Below, one piece after another: positions 13,040 to 25,370 of a stretch of 64,000 bases of DNA (the stretch's first letter is position 1; each line of letters begins with the position of its first letter). A program made the position numbers and the translations under genes. The notes under the pieces are model-generated. The model was not told the origin of the DNA. It saw only the letters and a list, made by a program, of their open reading frames with translations, and ran no database searches. The stretch is from the human T2T-CHM13v2.0 reference genome, Homo sapiens, in NCBI RefSeq assembly GCF_009914755.1, contig NC_060935.1; one strand, 5' to 3'.

Positions 13040-13250
13040 GGTTAACAGTAAGAGCTCTGCAGTCAGACCCACCTCTGCACTTTCCAGCTATGTGACCTCA
13101 GAAAAGTTCTTTTATTTTCCCTGTCTCTAAATCCTCATCTATAAATGGGAGCTGATAATATCTCCTCATAAGGTTGCCATAATGATTAATAAAGTAGCAT
13201 AGAGGAAATGCTTGGTAGAGTTCTGGTCCACAGTAAGTGCTCAATCCATG
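13040..13250 (+). mobile_element. MIR
   Basis: CTATGTGACCTCAG...CCTCATCTATAAATGGG...CACAGTAAGTGCTCAAT. Confidence 0.8.
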
Positions 13251-13359
13251 GTAGTGGTCAGCACATATACGATTACCTATAGTGATGCTTCTTTCTGGAT
13301 GTGCACGAATCTTTGTAAACAAAATAGGAAATATTGGACTTGCTGTGTCTGTGTCACTT

Positions 13360-13450
13360 CTAAATATCTTGTTTTGTTTCAGTGTCCAGCCCAATGCCTT
13401 GAACCTAGGAGATTCTCACTAAGTATTTGTTGGATAAATTAAGAAATGAA
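13360..13450 (+). mobile_element. L2 3' end
   Basis: ...AAGTATTTGTTGGATAAATTAAGAAATGAA tail. Confidence 0.55.
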
Positions 13451-13737
13451 CTGCTTTGATAGGTGGGAAGGGAGGCAGCCCACAGGGTGCATCTCTAACT
13501 GCTTCTTTGGAGAAGAGACTATAAATACCGCCTGCTCTAGCCCTCAGGCAGTACCATATCTGAGGAGTTTGCTTAGTAAGTGCTCGCAGTTTTCAGCAGC
13601 TAGAGATGTTGCTGAGCCCAAGAGTTCACATGGGGATGGGGGTATTGGGAAACCTCACCATTTCTGCTCTGCCTTAACCCAGGAAGGCCTTGTCACTACA
13701 ATGAAGACATTCCCAAGCCACTCATTTTGCACATGCC

Positions 13738-13801
13738 TATGTGAATGGGCCTATTGAAGTTGTGCACTGCATAGCCTGGGTGGCTCTATGTGGCGGCCCT
13801 G
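13738..13801. mobile_element. MER91-like hAT MITE fragment
   Basis: ATGTGAATGGG...AGTTGTGCACTGCATAGCCTG...GCGGCCCTG resembles one half of MER91A. Confidence 0.55.
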
Positions 13802-13979
13802 GATGCTCCTAGCTTCGAGAATAATTTAGATTCCTTGACATGACGACTCACCTTCCAAAGGATGATTCATTTTCAAATGGCCTGAAAGAAATGAAGGAAG
13901 TAGAATCATCAAAGACAACTAAAATATCTTCTCTGGAGACAGGACTGCAGGAGGTCCTATCCTAGGAGACCTGGGGTGT

Positions 13980-14159
13980 CAGTGGTGTGCACCTGGAGCC
14001 ACTCATACTAGCTCATGAGACCTGACAAAGCAGATCTTTTTCTAACTCTCAGGTGAGAACATTTACACCACAGGAAATGGCATATGCTACAAACCCAGGC
14101 TCCCCCCCTCATCCCTCCACCCCAAGAGCTGGTTGTTAAACATTTATAGCACACCACTG
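13980..14159 (+). mobile_element. MER63A-like hAT MITE
   Basis: Perfect 11-bp TIR CAGTGGTGTGC / GCACACCACTG; internal ATTTACACCACAGGAAATGGC and GAGCTGGTTGTTAAACATTTA. Confidence 0.85.
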
Positions 14160-14709
14160 ATTTTGACAGAAAGCCAAAGGTGTCCACAAGAAATAAAAGA
14201 GAGGATGGTGAGGAAGAGGATAGGAAGAAATCCTGGGGAATGCGTCTGGACCTATGCAAAGATTGTGGGGAAATGGAATTTTGCTTGCTGAATGCAGTGT
14301 GGAAAGTGTTCCCAGGCCCAGGCTGGTGAGAATGGCTATTTTTAGTTTTTAGTACTCTAGTGCAGGAATTTGCCAACAATTCTTTCTGGGGCCAACCTTG
14401 CCTTGAGAGACAGGGCTTGCCTTGGGGCTGAGGCAACTGGGTTTCCCAGGAAGCATAGGTGGAGTGAGGGATGGGACAGCCCTGGGCTATAGCAGATCTG
14501 AGTCCCGGACAGTCATACTGTTGCACTCAGCCACCCTCACTTCTTCTTTTCCCACAGCTGACCTTTCCTTTCCCCTTTTAGCACTTGAAGCCAATTTCAA
14601 TAGTTAATACTCATATAGTAATTTAAACTTTATTTGGCACAAACCTTGGTACATAGTGGGCACATTAAAAAACAAACAAACAAACAAACAACCCAAAACC
14701 CAAATCCTA

Positions 14710-14810
14710 AGGTTAATTGAAGGTTTAGGTATGCTGTGACAAATTGCTTTACCTATATTACCTCATTTAAGACTAAGAACTCTGTGAAACAACTACTGTT
14801 ATTCACTCCC

Positions 14811-14848
<38 letters not shown>

Positions 14849-14935
14849 CCCCCGAGATGCAGAGAGTTGTTCACTGGAAGTGAAGACCCAGGACACAACC
14901 GAAGGCCTTCCTGAGTCCAGAGCCCCCATTTTTCA
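14710..14935 (-). mobile_element. MIR carrying an internal A31 tract (14814-14844)
   Basis: Reverse MIR (CCTCATTTAA...CTCTGTGAA...CTCCCATT [A31] GAGGC...CCTGAGTCCAGAGCCC). Confidence 0.65.
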
Positions 14936-15534
14936 GTGTTACACATATCAAGGAGAGAAAAGAGGAAGATACAACAGGCTTTTTCTAATTAGCTTCATTT
15001 AATTTATGCTGTCTCTGAATCGCCCTGCTGTAAGGCATCATTTTACTTTTGGGGGACTATGAAAGCCTCTGGGAACAACTGTGTCGCACTACCCCAATCC
15101 ATCCTAATCACTTGGATTTCAGATAACATTCGCTAATTCAGTGCTCCTGACCTCAGTCTTCCTCCTGCCACTCATCTTCCATTTGTCCATCCAGCTACTC
15201 ATTAAAGCCAGCTTCTTCCTTGGGAGGCTATACCGTGTATCTCTCAGTGTGTGTGTATGTGTAGAATAATAACAACAAGAAACCCAGCTCCTAAGCCACA
15301 TGTTTCACTTTGCTGCTTGTTAATTTTAACAAGGCAGCTGGTGGTTTGGACTGAGAGGTTGCTTTTCTATTAACCGCAGATTTTCCTCCCTATGGATTTC
15401 CTGTTTGCAGTTTTGGAGGTAAAAAGTCTTGGTAGAGGCAAGCCGGAATTATTCCAACCTAACAGGAACAGTTTGAAGAACCCAGGCAAAGGGAGCCTCC
15501 AACTGGGACAAACTTGGTCCTTCCAATTGAGAAC

Positions 15535-16730
15535 TTTTTATGGTGCTCGGTTATGGTCCAGGGACTCTGCTCAACATGGGAGACACAGCAGATGAAGATT
15601 ACCAACACCCCCAGGAGTGTGCAATCCAGTAGTGGGAAGTAGACATGCCCATAGTATTATTGTAAAAACTGTGCTAAGCACTCCGAGAGTGGTACAGGCT
15701 GTGGCTGGTATGCAAAGGAAATAGCAGACTCTGGATCTGCAAAGTCTTCATGGAGGAAGTCAGATTCACATCGAGGGGTAGGAAGGTATGTTTATTTCTT
15801 ATTTTTGTTATGTTTACAAGCAAGAATGAGAGGAAGGGCATTACAAGCACTGGATAACCCTGCGAAGAAAGACCTACAAGTGATCAGTTGTGAAAACAAT
15901 GACTCTACTGGTTAGACCAGAGAAGAGAAATTGGGAGACCCAAGAATAGGGTTGCAAAGTCACTTGAAAGCCAGATCATGGGGTGCGGGGCACCTAAGGT
16001 CATGTAGAAATTGAGATTGTTTTTCAGGAAAATGATGGTCACTGAACATTATTGTGTATTAGAGGGATATATTCAGAACTGAGTTCTAGAAAGATAACTG
16101 GTAAGTGGACATTAGAATGTGGAGGCAGGGGATCATTTTGTTTGGGAGCACACTTGGGAAGCACTAAGTTCAGTGGGAATGGAAAGGAGAAATTGAGTGC
16201 AAAAGACAAGTCAGGGAGAGGCGGGGAGCAGTTGAGAGTGACCGAGGCTCTGAACCTGGGTGATTTGGAGGATAGTAACGCAATGACCAAGGAACCAAGG
16301 AGGATTCTTCATGCATGTTGAGAAACAGAATTTTTGACAAGTTCAGTTTAAGGTGTGGGTGAGACACTCGATTGAAAAGATTTAACTACCAGCCAGAAAT
16401 GTGAGTATGGTTAGAAAGAGAGCCCAGGATCAGGGGATGGGTTTTAGACTCCTCTGGACAGAAAAAAAGGAGAAATTCCAAAAGAGGAAGACATTCTTAG
16501 AAGACAGCACAAAGGGAGTGATTAGAATGAGGAAGAAAATCAGGAGAGCTTACGGCTCCAAAGCCAAGGGGGACAGCATTTGCTCAAGGGAGTAGTCGGC
16601 TAGAAGCTGCAGACAGGTGAGAGAGGGTGAGAGACTGAGAGAGAAAACTAGATGTTACAATTAGGAAGACATTGAAGAGAGAAGATTCAACAGGGTAGTA
16701 GCCTCAGAAGTTACCGCATAGAGGCATGGG
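15535..16730 (-). mobile_element. L2 fragments
   Basis: Purine-rich reverse L2 body (AAAGTCTTCATGGAGGAAGT, GCCAGATCATGGGG, AAGCCAAGGGGG); boundaries approximate. Confidence 0.6.
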
Positions 16731-16786
16731 TGGAAGGTTCAGAACTGTTGCCTACAATTTATTCACTTACAAATTCATTCAACATG

Positions 16787-19251
16787 TAGTAGTCCTCTCT
16801 TAACTGTGGTTTTGTTTTCCATGGTTTCAGTCAACTACAGTCAACTGAGGTCCAAAAATATTAGAAGACAAGTTCTAGAAATAAACAATTCATAATTTTA
16901 AATTGCACTCTGTTCTGAGTAGTGTTATAAAATCTCACACCATCTACCTCCATTGTGCCAGGGACGTGAATCATCTCTTTGTCCAGCATCTTCACGCCGC
17001 GTGGTAGTCACTTAGAAGCGATCTCGTTATCACAGCAACTGCCATGGTACTGCAGCGTGTGATTTCAAGTCGCCCTTATTTGACTTCATAATTGGCCCCA
17101 ACGCGCAAAAGTAGTGATTTTGGCAACTTGGATATGCTAAAGAGAAGCCTGAAGTTCTTCCTTTAAGTGAAAAGGTGAAAGTTCTTGACCTAGCAAGGAA
17201 AGAAAAAGAAATTGTTTGCTGAGGTTGCTAAGATCTATGGTAAGAATACATCTTCTATTTGTGAGATTGTGAAGGAAAAGGAAATTTGTGCTGGTTTTGC
17301 TGTCACATCTCAAACTGCAAAAGTTATGGCCATAGTGTGTGTGATAAATGCTTAGTGAAGATGGAAAAGGCATTAAGTTTGTGGGTAGAAGACACGAAGA
17401 GAAATGTGTTCTGGTTGACAGCAATGTGTTGTGCCAAAAAGCACTGAACGTATACGAAGATTTTAGCAAGAGAGCCCCTAAAATGAGTAACATCAAGGCA
17501 TCTTCTGCAAGTGAGGGATGCTTGCACATGTTCAGGAATAGGTTTGGACTGAAAAATATAAAAGTTACAGGAGAGTCTGTGTCTGCCATTGAAGGAGCAG
17601 CTTCCTCATTTCTGGCAGAGTTGAAGCAGTTGGTTAGGAAGAAAGGATACCATCCAAAGTGAATCTTTATTTGTGATGAAACCAGGCGCTTCTGGAAGAA
17701 GATGCACAGTAGAATCTACATTTATAAAAGTGCAAAGGAGGCCCCAGGGCATAGAACATGGAAGGACAGATTATCTCTGGTGCCTTGTGGCTACATTGCA
17801 GGGCATATGAGAAAGTCAGACATAGTGTATGGAGCAAAAACCCACATGCTCTCAAAAACAAAATAAAAAATATCTGCCTGTGTTTTGGCAACATAATGAG
17901 AAAACTTCAGCGATAGTTATCTTGCTTGTGGAAAGCTTCATCAATGCTTCATCCTAGAAGTGAAAAAATACTTGGAGGAAGAAGAGTTGGAATTTAAAGT
18001 TCTTTTAATAATTGACAATGCACCTGCTACCCTGAATCCATTTACTGTGAAAATGAAAATGTTGAGGCTGTATTTCAACCTCCAAATGAAACCTTACTTC
18101 TTCAGTTCCTTGACCAGGACATCATTTGGTTTTTCAAGGCCACATACACCCACCTGATATTTGATCACATTCGATCAGCAATTGATGCAGACCCTAATCT
18201 GGACATAATATGATGCTGGAAATCATTCATTATTGCTGATGCAATAACTTGCATCAAAGCTGCAATGGAAGAGTTAAAACCAGAAACTGTAAATGCCTGC
18301 TGGAGGAATTATGGAGTGAAGTTGTGAATGATTATAAATGCTTCTGAGGATCAATGGAGAACTTAGGAAAATCATTCACTCAGCAAGACAAATTGGTGGA
18401 GAAAGATTTGTCCATATGCTTGATGAAGTAAAAGAACACATTGAAGGCCATTGCGAAGTGTTAGCAAATGAGGAATTGGAAGAACCTGTTGAGTCATTGC
18501 AGCGGAAGAGGAAGATGAAGAAGAAACTGAAGCAAAACCAGCAGTGTGAACATTACTGGAATATGCTGAAATGATTCAAATTGCACAGACATCAAAAGAC
18601 AAAATTGTAGAATATAATCCTCAGATGGAATGCAGCATTAAAGTCACCTATATGATCACCAAAGGATTGCAACCTCTGCAGCAACGCTTGATGGTTAAAA
18701 AGAAAGAGAAAATAACTTTTGATTACAATGTTTTTCCAGACTCTTTTGGCAAAAAACACCCTATTAGGGATCCTTAATTATCAACATCATCTGTTCCTGA
18801 CATCCAGTCATCGGCATCCTTATGGCTCGATGATCCAGGATCATGCAAAGCAGATAATCCTCCTTCTGATATACGGTGAGAAGGCTGATAGTAGCCCAAT
18901 GTTACATCATGATGCCTACATCATTCTCCTACTTGATGTCATCACGTAGGCATGTGACATTTCATATCATCGCAAGAAGGGGAAGAGCAGAACAGTAAGA
19001 TATGTATATTGAGAGAGATAGAGAGACCACATTCACATAACTTTTATTACAGTATATTGTTATGATCATTTATTTTATTATTATGTATTGTTGTTAATCT
19101 CTTTCTGTACATTTTGTATAAGTTAAACCTTGTCATAAGTATGTAGGTGTAGGAAAAAACATAGTGTTTGTAGGGTTCAGTGCTATCTGTGGTTTCAGGC
19201 ATCTGCTGGGGGTCTGGGAACATATCCCCTACAGATAAGGGGGGTCTACTG
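16787..19251 (+). mobile_element. Near full-length Tigger7 (MER44 family, pogo-like Tc1/mariner) DNA transposon
   Basis: Left TIR (T)AGTAGTCCTCTCTTAACTGTGG and right TIR ...ACAGATAAGGGGGGTCTACTG; TA TSD at 19252-19253 (left copy TG); ~2.47 kb with an internal transposase fossil. Confidence 0.9.
17092..18891 (+). pseudogene. Disrupted Tigger7 transposase (CENP-B-type HTH + DDE_1)
   Basis: Fragments in ORFs 17348-17662 (FRNRFGLKNIKVTGE) and 17960-18157 (FKVLLIIDNAP). Catalytic Asp codons at 17675 (CDET), 18014 (IDNA) and 18112 (LDQ). Start ATG>TTG, stop at 17660 and several frameshifts. Confidence 0.88.
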
Positions 19252-19709
19252 TATCTACTGAACACCTACTGTGTTCTGGGCACTGAACTAAGTAAACACT
19301 AGAGATACAACAGGGAACAAGACGGAGACGTTTCTTTCTTAATAGATGAAACAGGCATTAAACCCATAATTACTAAAGGATTATTTATTACATCATGATA
19401 TCTTAGTCTGGGGATCGGAAAAGTCTTCTTTGAAGAAGTGACATTGAAACTGAGACCAAGTAGGAACTAACTAATCAGGGGAAAGAGGGGCAGAGGAGTC
19501 GAGGGAACAGGAGGAGGGGGCAGAGCAGAAGGCCTTGAGATGAAAAGGGACTTGACAAGGGAAGGTCCTAAAAGAAGATACTTGTGGCTTCATGAATGGG
19601 AGAGAGTGGCTTCTTTTAAAAGTTCGTCAGTAAAACCAAGACAGAGATGTGAGTGGCTTGAGGCAGTGAAGTTCTACGTAAGACTGTGGCTATGAAAATG
19701 GAGACTCAG

Positions 19710-20267
19710 TTTTGGAGGCAGAATTCTAAGAGAGCCCCATGATGTCCACGCCCTAGTGTCATACCTTGAACACTCCCCTCCCCTTTAGTGTGGGTGGAAC
19801 CTATGACTTGTTTCTAGCTGATAGAATATGGCAAAGGTGATGAGAAGTCATTCCTATGATTTTGTCCCTTTCTATAAGACTTGTCTTAGCAGACTAGAGT
19901 AAGACTCTGATGCTGATCTTGAAGAATAGCCATGGACTACCTCTGGAGACAGCTATGTGGCAGGGCACTACAGGTAGCCTCTGGCTGGCAGCCAGGAATA
20001 AGTGAAGACAATTATCACATGGCTGCAAGGAAGTGAACTCTGACAGCAGCCTGAATGAGCTTGGAAGAGGATTCCTCCTCAGCCGAGCCTCCAGATGAGA
20101 ATGCAGCCCAGCTGATGCCTTGATTGCAGCCTGTGAGACCTGAGCAAGGCCCCAGTTAAGCCATACCTGAACGCCTGACACACTGAAAAGGCTAGATAAT
20201 ACAAGTTTGTTGCTTTATGCTGGTAGGCTTGTGGCAATTTGTTACACAGCAAGAGAAAACTCATATG
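19710..20267 (+). mobile_element. MLT1E/F-type MaLR solo LTR
   Basis: GGCAGAATTCTAAGA start, GAGCCTCCAGATGAGAATGCAGCCC, GTTACACAGCAAGAGAAAACT end; TSD CTCAG (19705-19709 / 20268-20272). Confidence 0.88.
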
Positions 20268-20479
20268 CTCAGTTTTTTTGTAGGCTAAAATGTAGGAGGC
20301 TGTGGGAGAAAAATGTTGGGACGGGGCACCGCTATGTGGTCCAGATAAGGTTGTGGAGAAGGCAGGAGAGAAGATGGAGAAAAGAGAATTAGGCCCCTTC
20401 CTATTCTCAATGACTCCATAAGAAATGCTAAGCCACCTTGGGGTTGGTTGTGGCAACAGTAAAAAATCATTTAAAAATG

Positions 20480-21060
20480 TGTTTTAAGTTATGTTTATTT
20501 TTCATTTATATTTCCTTTGAAAATATTTACCTTAAGGGAAATTAACTACTTCAAGTCCATTTGAAAAATAACTTTATAAGTTGAAAACTTCCTTCAAATT
20601 TCTATCATCTTAACATCTTTCCAGCCTCTTGATACGCAAACATACCTACCTCTCCATAGCAGCTGTAATTGCAGTTATAGATATATAACTATAATTGGTA
20701 CTTATATTCTGTTATTACAGAATTTACACATGTTTCTTGTTGAGAAAACATACATATAATGTCAATTTCTCCTACCATAAACATGTTTCACAGTATCTGT
20801 TATTTTATGACTGTTTAGTAGTCCGTCAAATTGAAATAACTTAAATTACTTTAATATTTATAGGTTGCAATAATTGTTAAATTTCATAGATTGTGCTTCA
20901 AAACCATCATTATGCAAATAACTTCTTTTTTTCTTTTGATAAAAAATTAGAATAAATTCTTAAAAGTGGGATTACTGGGTCAAAGGTAATAAACATTTTA
21001 TGGCACTTGATATACATCCCATTAAAAAAATCTAAAAACATAGTTGAAGTGCTATACTTC
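20480..21060 (-). mobile_element. L1ME-type fragment
   Basis: AT-rich; TAAATTCTTAAAAGTGGGATTACTGGGTCAAAGG reverse L1 motif. Confidence 0.6.
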
Positions 21061-21224
21061 CTTGTCTTGTAGAGTAAGCAATTATTTGAAATAATTTCTT
21101 CAGGATTTATCCCTATGACTGTTGGTTGGGAAGTGATTTAGGAAGGTGACCCCATTAGAACATAAAGGTATAATTTCCACAGATTATCCATCAGAGTATC
21201 CATTTCTCTATATCTACCCCCTCA

Positions 21225-21495
21225 TCTGTTCATTCATCCATCCATTCATCCATGTGTCCATACATCCATTCAATCATTCATTCATTTACCCATACATCCA
21301 TTCAATCATCCATCCATCTACCCATCAATTGGATCCACTCACCTACATATGTATTCACCCACTAACTCATTCACCCACCCATGCATCTTCCATCTATCCA
21401 TCCATCCATTCATCCATCCATCCAACCATCCATCCATCCTCCATCCATCTATCCATCCAACCATCCATCCATCCAACCATCCATCTATCAACCCA
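21225..21495. repeat. Degenerate (CATC/TCCA)n tetranucleotide array
   Basis: ~270 bp of CATCCATCC/CATTCAT units grading into an L2-like tail. Confidence 0.9.
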
Positions 21496-22709
21496 TCTAA
21501 CAGATATACAATAAGCATCCACTATTGGCCAGGTACAATACTTCTACCATTATTGAAGCAAAGGTTACTGTCTTCCTTCATCCATATATAATTCTAAAGC
21601 TTTTCTGACTTCCTTCCCCTCTCAAGTCTGCTTTTGATGTTCACTTGAATCAATCATCCTGGATTTAAAAGTTTTGGCAGAAATGAAACCTTGGACCCTA
21701 TTGTTTGCCTCACTCCTCATCCTTATATTCCAGACAAGTGTTGAAGATAGAATAGTATTGTTTTCAATCTAAAGAAAAACAGTTCATACGTTTTACAGGA
21801 AGGGAGCATTAATCCATGCTGGTGATATGGTACCTCTACTAGTGCCAGGTCTGTCAGGAAATATGACAAGGTAATCTCATTAAAACAAGGCACATTGTTT
21901 TCCATGCTGTGAAGAAAATTACAGGAAAGGCATTAACTCAATAGTTCTTAAGATTTTGAGATTCTTCCTTTAGGTTTAATACTTCACATAATTATGATTT
22001 TCATAAACGTCAATATGGTAAGTTGGTACCATCTTTGCTGGGTGCCTATGAAGAGCAGAGCTTCGGGAAGGAAGTGAAGAGAAACAGAGGACATGACCAC
22101 TGAATCTTGCAACCAGACTGGAAGGTAGACCTTCTTTACTCCCTGCTTTCCTCCTTCCTCTTTTCCTCCCACTTTCCTTACCTCTCTTTGTAACATTTCT
22201 GGACTAAGCAATAGGAATTAAGTTACTTGTTTCAGTTAGTCTCATTTTCATTCTCAAAGATTTCTGGGCATATATCTGTATCTATTATATATCATCTATA
22301 TCAACATCAGCTTTTACAATATTAAAAGGAGAAAATAATAAGATTAGCTTCTTCTGAAGACTTCTCCCTATTCTACTGACCAAATGAATGTTTTCTGACA
22401 AAACTCACATTGGTTTCCATTACAGTCTTCCACACGTAGAAAAATGACTCTGTCTGAAACCACATGCGTTACATGTCTAGCACAATGTGACCTGACACCC
22501 TCCACGCTAATTGTTTCCATCCTTAACTAGACTCTAGTGCTTATTTAAAACTATTATTCCTCCTCCCCCAACTCCCCTCTCCCACTTGCCACGCTCTTCT
22601 ATTTGCCTCCTTCCTTTCAGCTTATTTCTTCCTTTTTTTTCCTTGCAGCCTAACAGTTTGTCTTAGCCAATCTCCTAAGTTGTCCTAGTTCAGGTGAAGC
22701 CTCTTCTAA

Positions 22710-23119
<410 letters not shown>

Positions 23120-23170
23120 AGTTTTTCTCTTTTAAGTGATTCTGATTGCATATAGAAGATCATTAAATAC

Positions 23171-23269
23171 GCACTTGTGTTTAGGAGCAAGGCACTGTGG
23201 TGGGTATTCGTGGAGAAACCAAGATACCCCCGATACCCACCACAGTGCCTTGCTCGTAAACACAAGTGC
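23171..23269. repeat. 37-bp inverted repeat (36/37 paired), 25-nt loop, L2-tail-derived
   Basis: 23171-23207 is the reverse complement of 23233-23269 except G23184/G23256. Confidence 0.95.
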
Positions 23270-23544
23270 ATGTGAATTGATTTTCTTGCAGGGTGTTCAG
23301 GGAGAGGACCCAAGAACTCATAGGATGTTCAGGGAGTGGACATAGATGCATAGGAAAGCTTCCCCCTACGCCCTAAAACAAACCAAAACCAAACCCCAAA
23401 CCAACCACCATACAGTTTGGTGTATTCCCGTGTATATTCTCTTATAGCTATTCCCTCATTCACCTGATTCCTGTACTGTATTATTGAGTTCTCCTTGAGG
23501 GTAGAGAATTTCATCTCTATAGGTTGTATTTAGCTTTTAATATA

Positions 23545-23900
23545 CTCAGTCATTGATCCAGAAAAACCTTTATTGAGTGTCTTCTATTTGTCAGACGCTG
23601 TTTGAAGATAGACAGCAGTAACCAGGATGGCCATGCCAGATGGTCAAACTGTTATATAAGGTGTCAGAAAAGGAGGAAAGAGATCCTTTTGGGTGGGAGT
23701 GGTTAAGGAGGTAGACTGTCAGGTGGACATGAATAACAAGTAGCATTTTGTTATATGGGTGGAGAGGGCCACAGGGGAGAAATGGAATGAACAGGAGCGC
23801 AGAGGAGGGTTGTATAACACAAGCCATGGGGCAGCGAGGAGGACAGCTTGGCTGAAGTGGAAGGTTTGTGCTTGCATTGAGACATCCCAGAAGATGAGGT
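23545..23900 (-). mobile_element. L2 fragment
   Basis: CTTTATTGAGTGTCTTCTATTTGTCAGACGCTGT reverse L2 tail plus purine-rich body. Confidence 0.55.
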
Positions 23901-24419
23901 AGGGAAGGCAGGCTTTTGTGCTGGAGAAGTTCCAGGTTACTCACCCCCACTCACTCCTATTGCTCACTTTCTCACCTCTGTTTAACTAGTTTCTATTTCT
24001 TCCTGGCCCCTTTCATCAATTTTCTGCTCCATTAGGATTAGGCTGGATTTCTGCAGGCATATCAAATTGCAGGTTATAATACAATGTTTAGATACCGTAC
24101 CTTGCTGCTTTCTTAATGAAAGCATCTGGCTTACCTCTGCATAAACCTGTCTGCTCTCGAGTGCCCCGAACCACCGTGTTTACAGAAGACTCTTGACTGC
24201 TTTACGTATTTACAACTCTCAGCTTCAGTTCTCACAATCAAATTCCAGTCAGCCAGCATCTCTTAGCTACATCTCATAAAACCACATAGGGTCAGAGCTG
24301 GGAGGGATTTTGGAAGCTCAGCCACCCAACCCCTTCATTGCAGGGGGAATGAAATGGAGACCCCCAGAGGGCCGTCATTTGCTCAAGTCCACATTGCTGA
24401 CTCGCTGATTTATCATGCA

Positions 24420-25370
24420 CTTGCCCATTTGTCCATTCATTTAGTAAAACATTTAAGAAGTGTCTGTAAAGGCCACATGCTGAGGCAAATATGAATAAGG
24501 CATGAGGAACGGACTTGAGGAACACACATGCTAGTGCAAGAGACTTAGAGATGTTTAGAACCCATGGCCAGTGCTATAATCCTGACAAGAGCAAAGCAAG
24601 GAGGAAGGAGGTAACTTTGTCTTGAGGAGCCAGGGAAGACCTCACAGAGCACATCTCTTTTGACGTGGGTCTTAAAAGATGAGTAAGAGGTCGGCCAGGT
24701 TGACATGAAGCAAAGGTGCTCCAGGCAGGGAGAAGAACAAAGCAAGCCAAGAATCATAGACGTCAGAAGCACATCGTGGTCTGAGGGTCCCCGGCTGGGA
24801 AGGATGGGAGGTGAGCCCACAGAGGAAGGTAGGGGTCAGATTGTGAAGGTCCAGGTGTCCCCTGCTAAGGCAACCATTAGTTGGGGGAGGTCTTTAGTCA
24901 GGAAGTGACCGGATTTAATTTTTTCCCTTAGTAGATACAAAAACATCTATGGTGGTGTGGCAGACGACATGGAGTATAAAAGGTGAATTGTAGAGAGACA
25001 AAAAAATGATCAATACTCAAATCCTGATGGAGTCCTGCATTATTTGATGGTAATGGATTTGCAGGAGGGGGATCTGATTTGGAAGGAACACGTGAGTAGA
25101 ATGCACAGGAGTTGGCAACCAATTGGTTTTAGGGGACGAGAGAGAAGGAAGAGAGGATGACTAACATTTTTAGCCTGATGGCATCAGGTGAGAAGGGCTG
25201 CAGAGGGAGGAGTGGATATGAGTGGAGAATGGAGGGGGAGATGCTATGTCCCAGTTGGTCACAGTCCTTCCAGGGGGAGAGAGGCAGCAGGTGCTGGAGA
25301 CTGGAGTCTGGATGTTGAGGTCTGTGCAATCACACCAGAAGTAGATGTGTCCAGGCTGGAACCCCAGGTG
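24420..25370 (-). mobile_element. L2 fragments
   Basis: CATTCATTTAGTAAAACATTTAAG, CAGGGAAGACCTCACAGAG, GGGTCTTAAAAGATGAGTAAGAG, GGTCAGATTGTGAAGG. Confidence 0.65.

Larger units (their letters stand above)
16762..19700 (-). mobile_element. L2 3' end interrupted by Tigger7
   Basis: ATTCATTCAACATG | TATCTACTGAACACCTACTGTGTTCTGGGCACTG rejoins into a reverse L2 tail; L2 continues to ~19700. Confidence 0.75.

Noticed and set aside
13520-13581. TATAAATA followed by GTAAGT as a promoter plus first exon
   Set aside because: AGTAAGTGCTC is also a common MIR/L2 tail motif; no other support.
14008-14526. Longest ORF (172 aa, minus strand)
   Set aside because: Runs through the MER63 element; no domain; consistent with chance.
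17092-18891. Domesticated TIGD-like gene
   Set aside because: Lost start codon, stops and frameshifts, TIRs retained: a neutral fossil.
21146-21591. His/Pro/Ser/Ile-rich ORFs
   Set aside because: Translation of the (CATC)n array.
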